A stretch of 64,000 nt of DNA. It comes from Lama guanicoe (lineage: Eukaryota). The position numbers were made by a program, and so were the translations under genes. Under the pieces are notes generated by a model. That model was given only the letters and a program-made list of their open reading frames with translations, searched no databases and was not told where the DNA came from. The stretch spans positions 5,727,957-5,791,956 of the forward strand of contig MU053881.1 of NCBI GenBank assembly GCA_013239625.1, read 5' to 3'. This document shows positions 63,401 to 64,000 of this stretch, in pieces (position 1 is the first letter of the stretch; each line of letters opens with the position of its first letter).

Positions 63401-64000
63401 TACTCGTATTTATTCAAGGCATAGTTTTTGAAGCCCTACTGTGTGCTAGATTCTGAGCTAGGCAGTGATAAAACAAACCCCTTGGCCCCACGAAGCCTAC
63501 GGTGTGACATGGGAAGGCACCTGATAAATAAATTGTGTATGTTTTGACTTCCTTGACCAGAAACATAACCTTCCTAGGACCCGCCTGGGACCTGGTTTGT
63601 CTTCTTCAGAAGCCATTTTGGGCTGTGGTTCTCACAGAGCTCAGGGAATCATAGTTCAGTGAACCCCATTTTATAAGCAACGGCGTTCAGGCACAGAACA
63701 GGAAGTGGCTCTCAAGATCACCCTGCTAACAAAGCAGCTGAGCAGGGATCTGCACCCAGTTCTGTCTTATCCCGAAGCTGGCTTGCCACCAGGGCTGCCC
63801 AGCCCAAGGCCTCTCATGGGTGCCTTCCCCTTTGCTGCTTCCTTACCCCAGCCCCACACCTCTGTCCTCCCATCTCCACACGTCCTAGCCAACCTACTGG
63901 TGGCCGTTTCCTCAGGCCCCCGCTCTCCGAGGGGCTCCTAACCCTGCATCACTGTGGACCATGCCCATCAGCTCCCTGAGCCCCTGTTGCCTTGTCAAAA

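Noticed and set aside
1..64000. Prokaryote-type systems (CRISPR array, operon, phage or defence locus) or a foreign insert
   Set aside because: No regularly spaced repeats and no long intronless ORFs; what I could identify fits a spliced mammalian gene plus mammalian repeats.

Overview
This is mammalian (eukaryotic) genomic DNA, probably from a camelid, judged from three vic-1-type tRNA-Ala-derived SINEs and cetartiodactyl-type L1 3' ends. The window holds the 3' part of FBXW11 (beta-TrCP2, an F-box/WD40 substrate receptor of SCF ubiquitin ligases) on the + strand. Eleven coding exons (14153-48252) splice with GT-AG introns in consistent phase into 1545 nt, i.e. 514 aa plus stop. The start-codon exon(s) lie upstream of the window. 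A 6.4-kb intron starts 24 nt after the stop codon, and a non-coding terminal exon (54645 to about 57200) carries three AATAAA signals and a 27-N assembly gap. Introns contain ordinary L1, L2, L3, MIR, hAT-MER and SINE relics. A CpG island with no assignable gene lies about 4.3 kb beyond the 3' end. Nearly all ORFs in the supplied track are spurious or L1 remnants. I found no convincing evidence of a new biological system. The best leads are regulatory and untested: two candidate poison exons, two recursive-splice-like sites, a divergent CTCF pair, an old intronic duplication, a 3'UTR G-quadruplex and the orphan CpG island. Exon coordinates were read base by base. Repeat boundaries and subfamily names are by-eye estimates.
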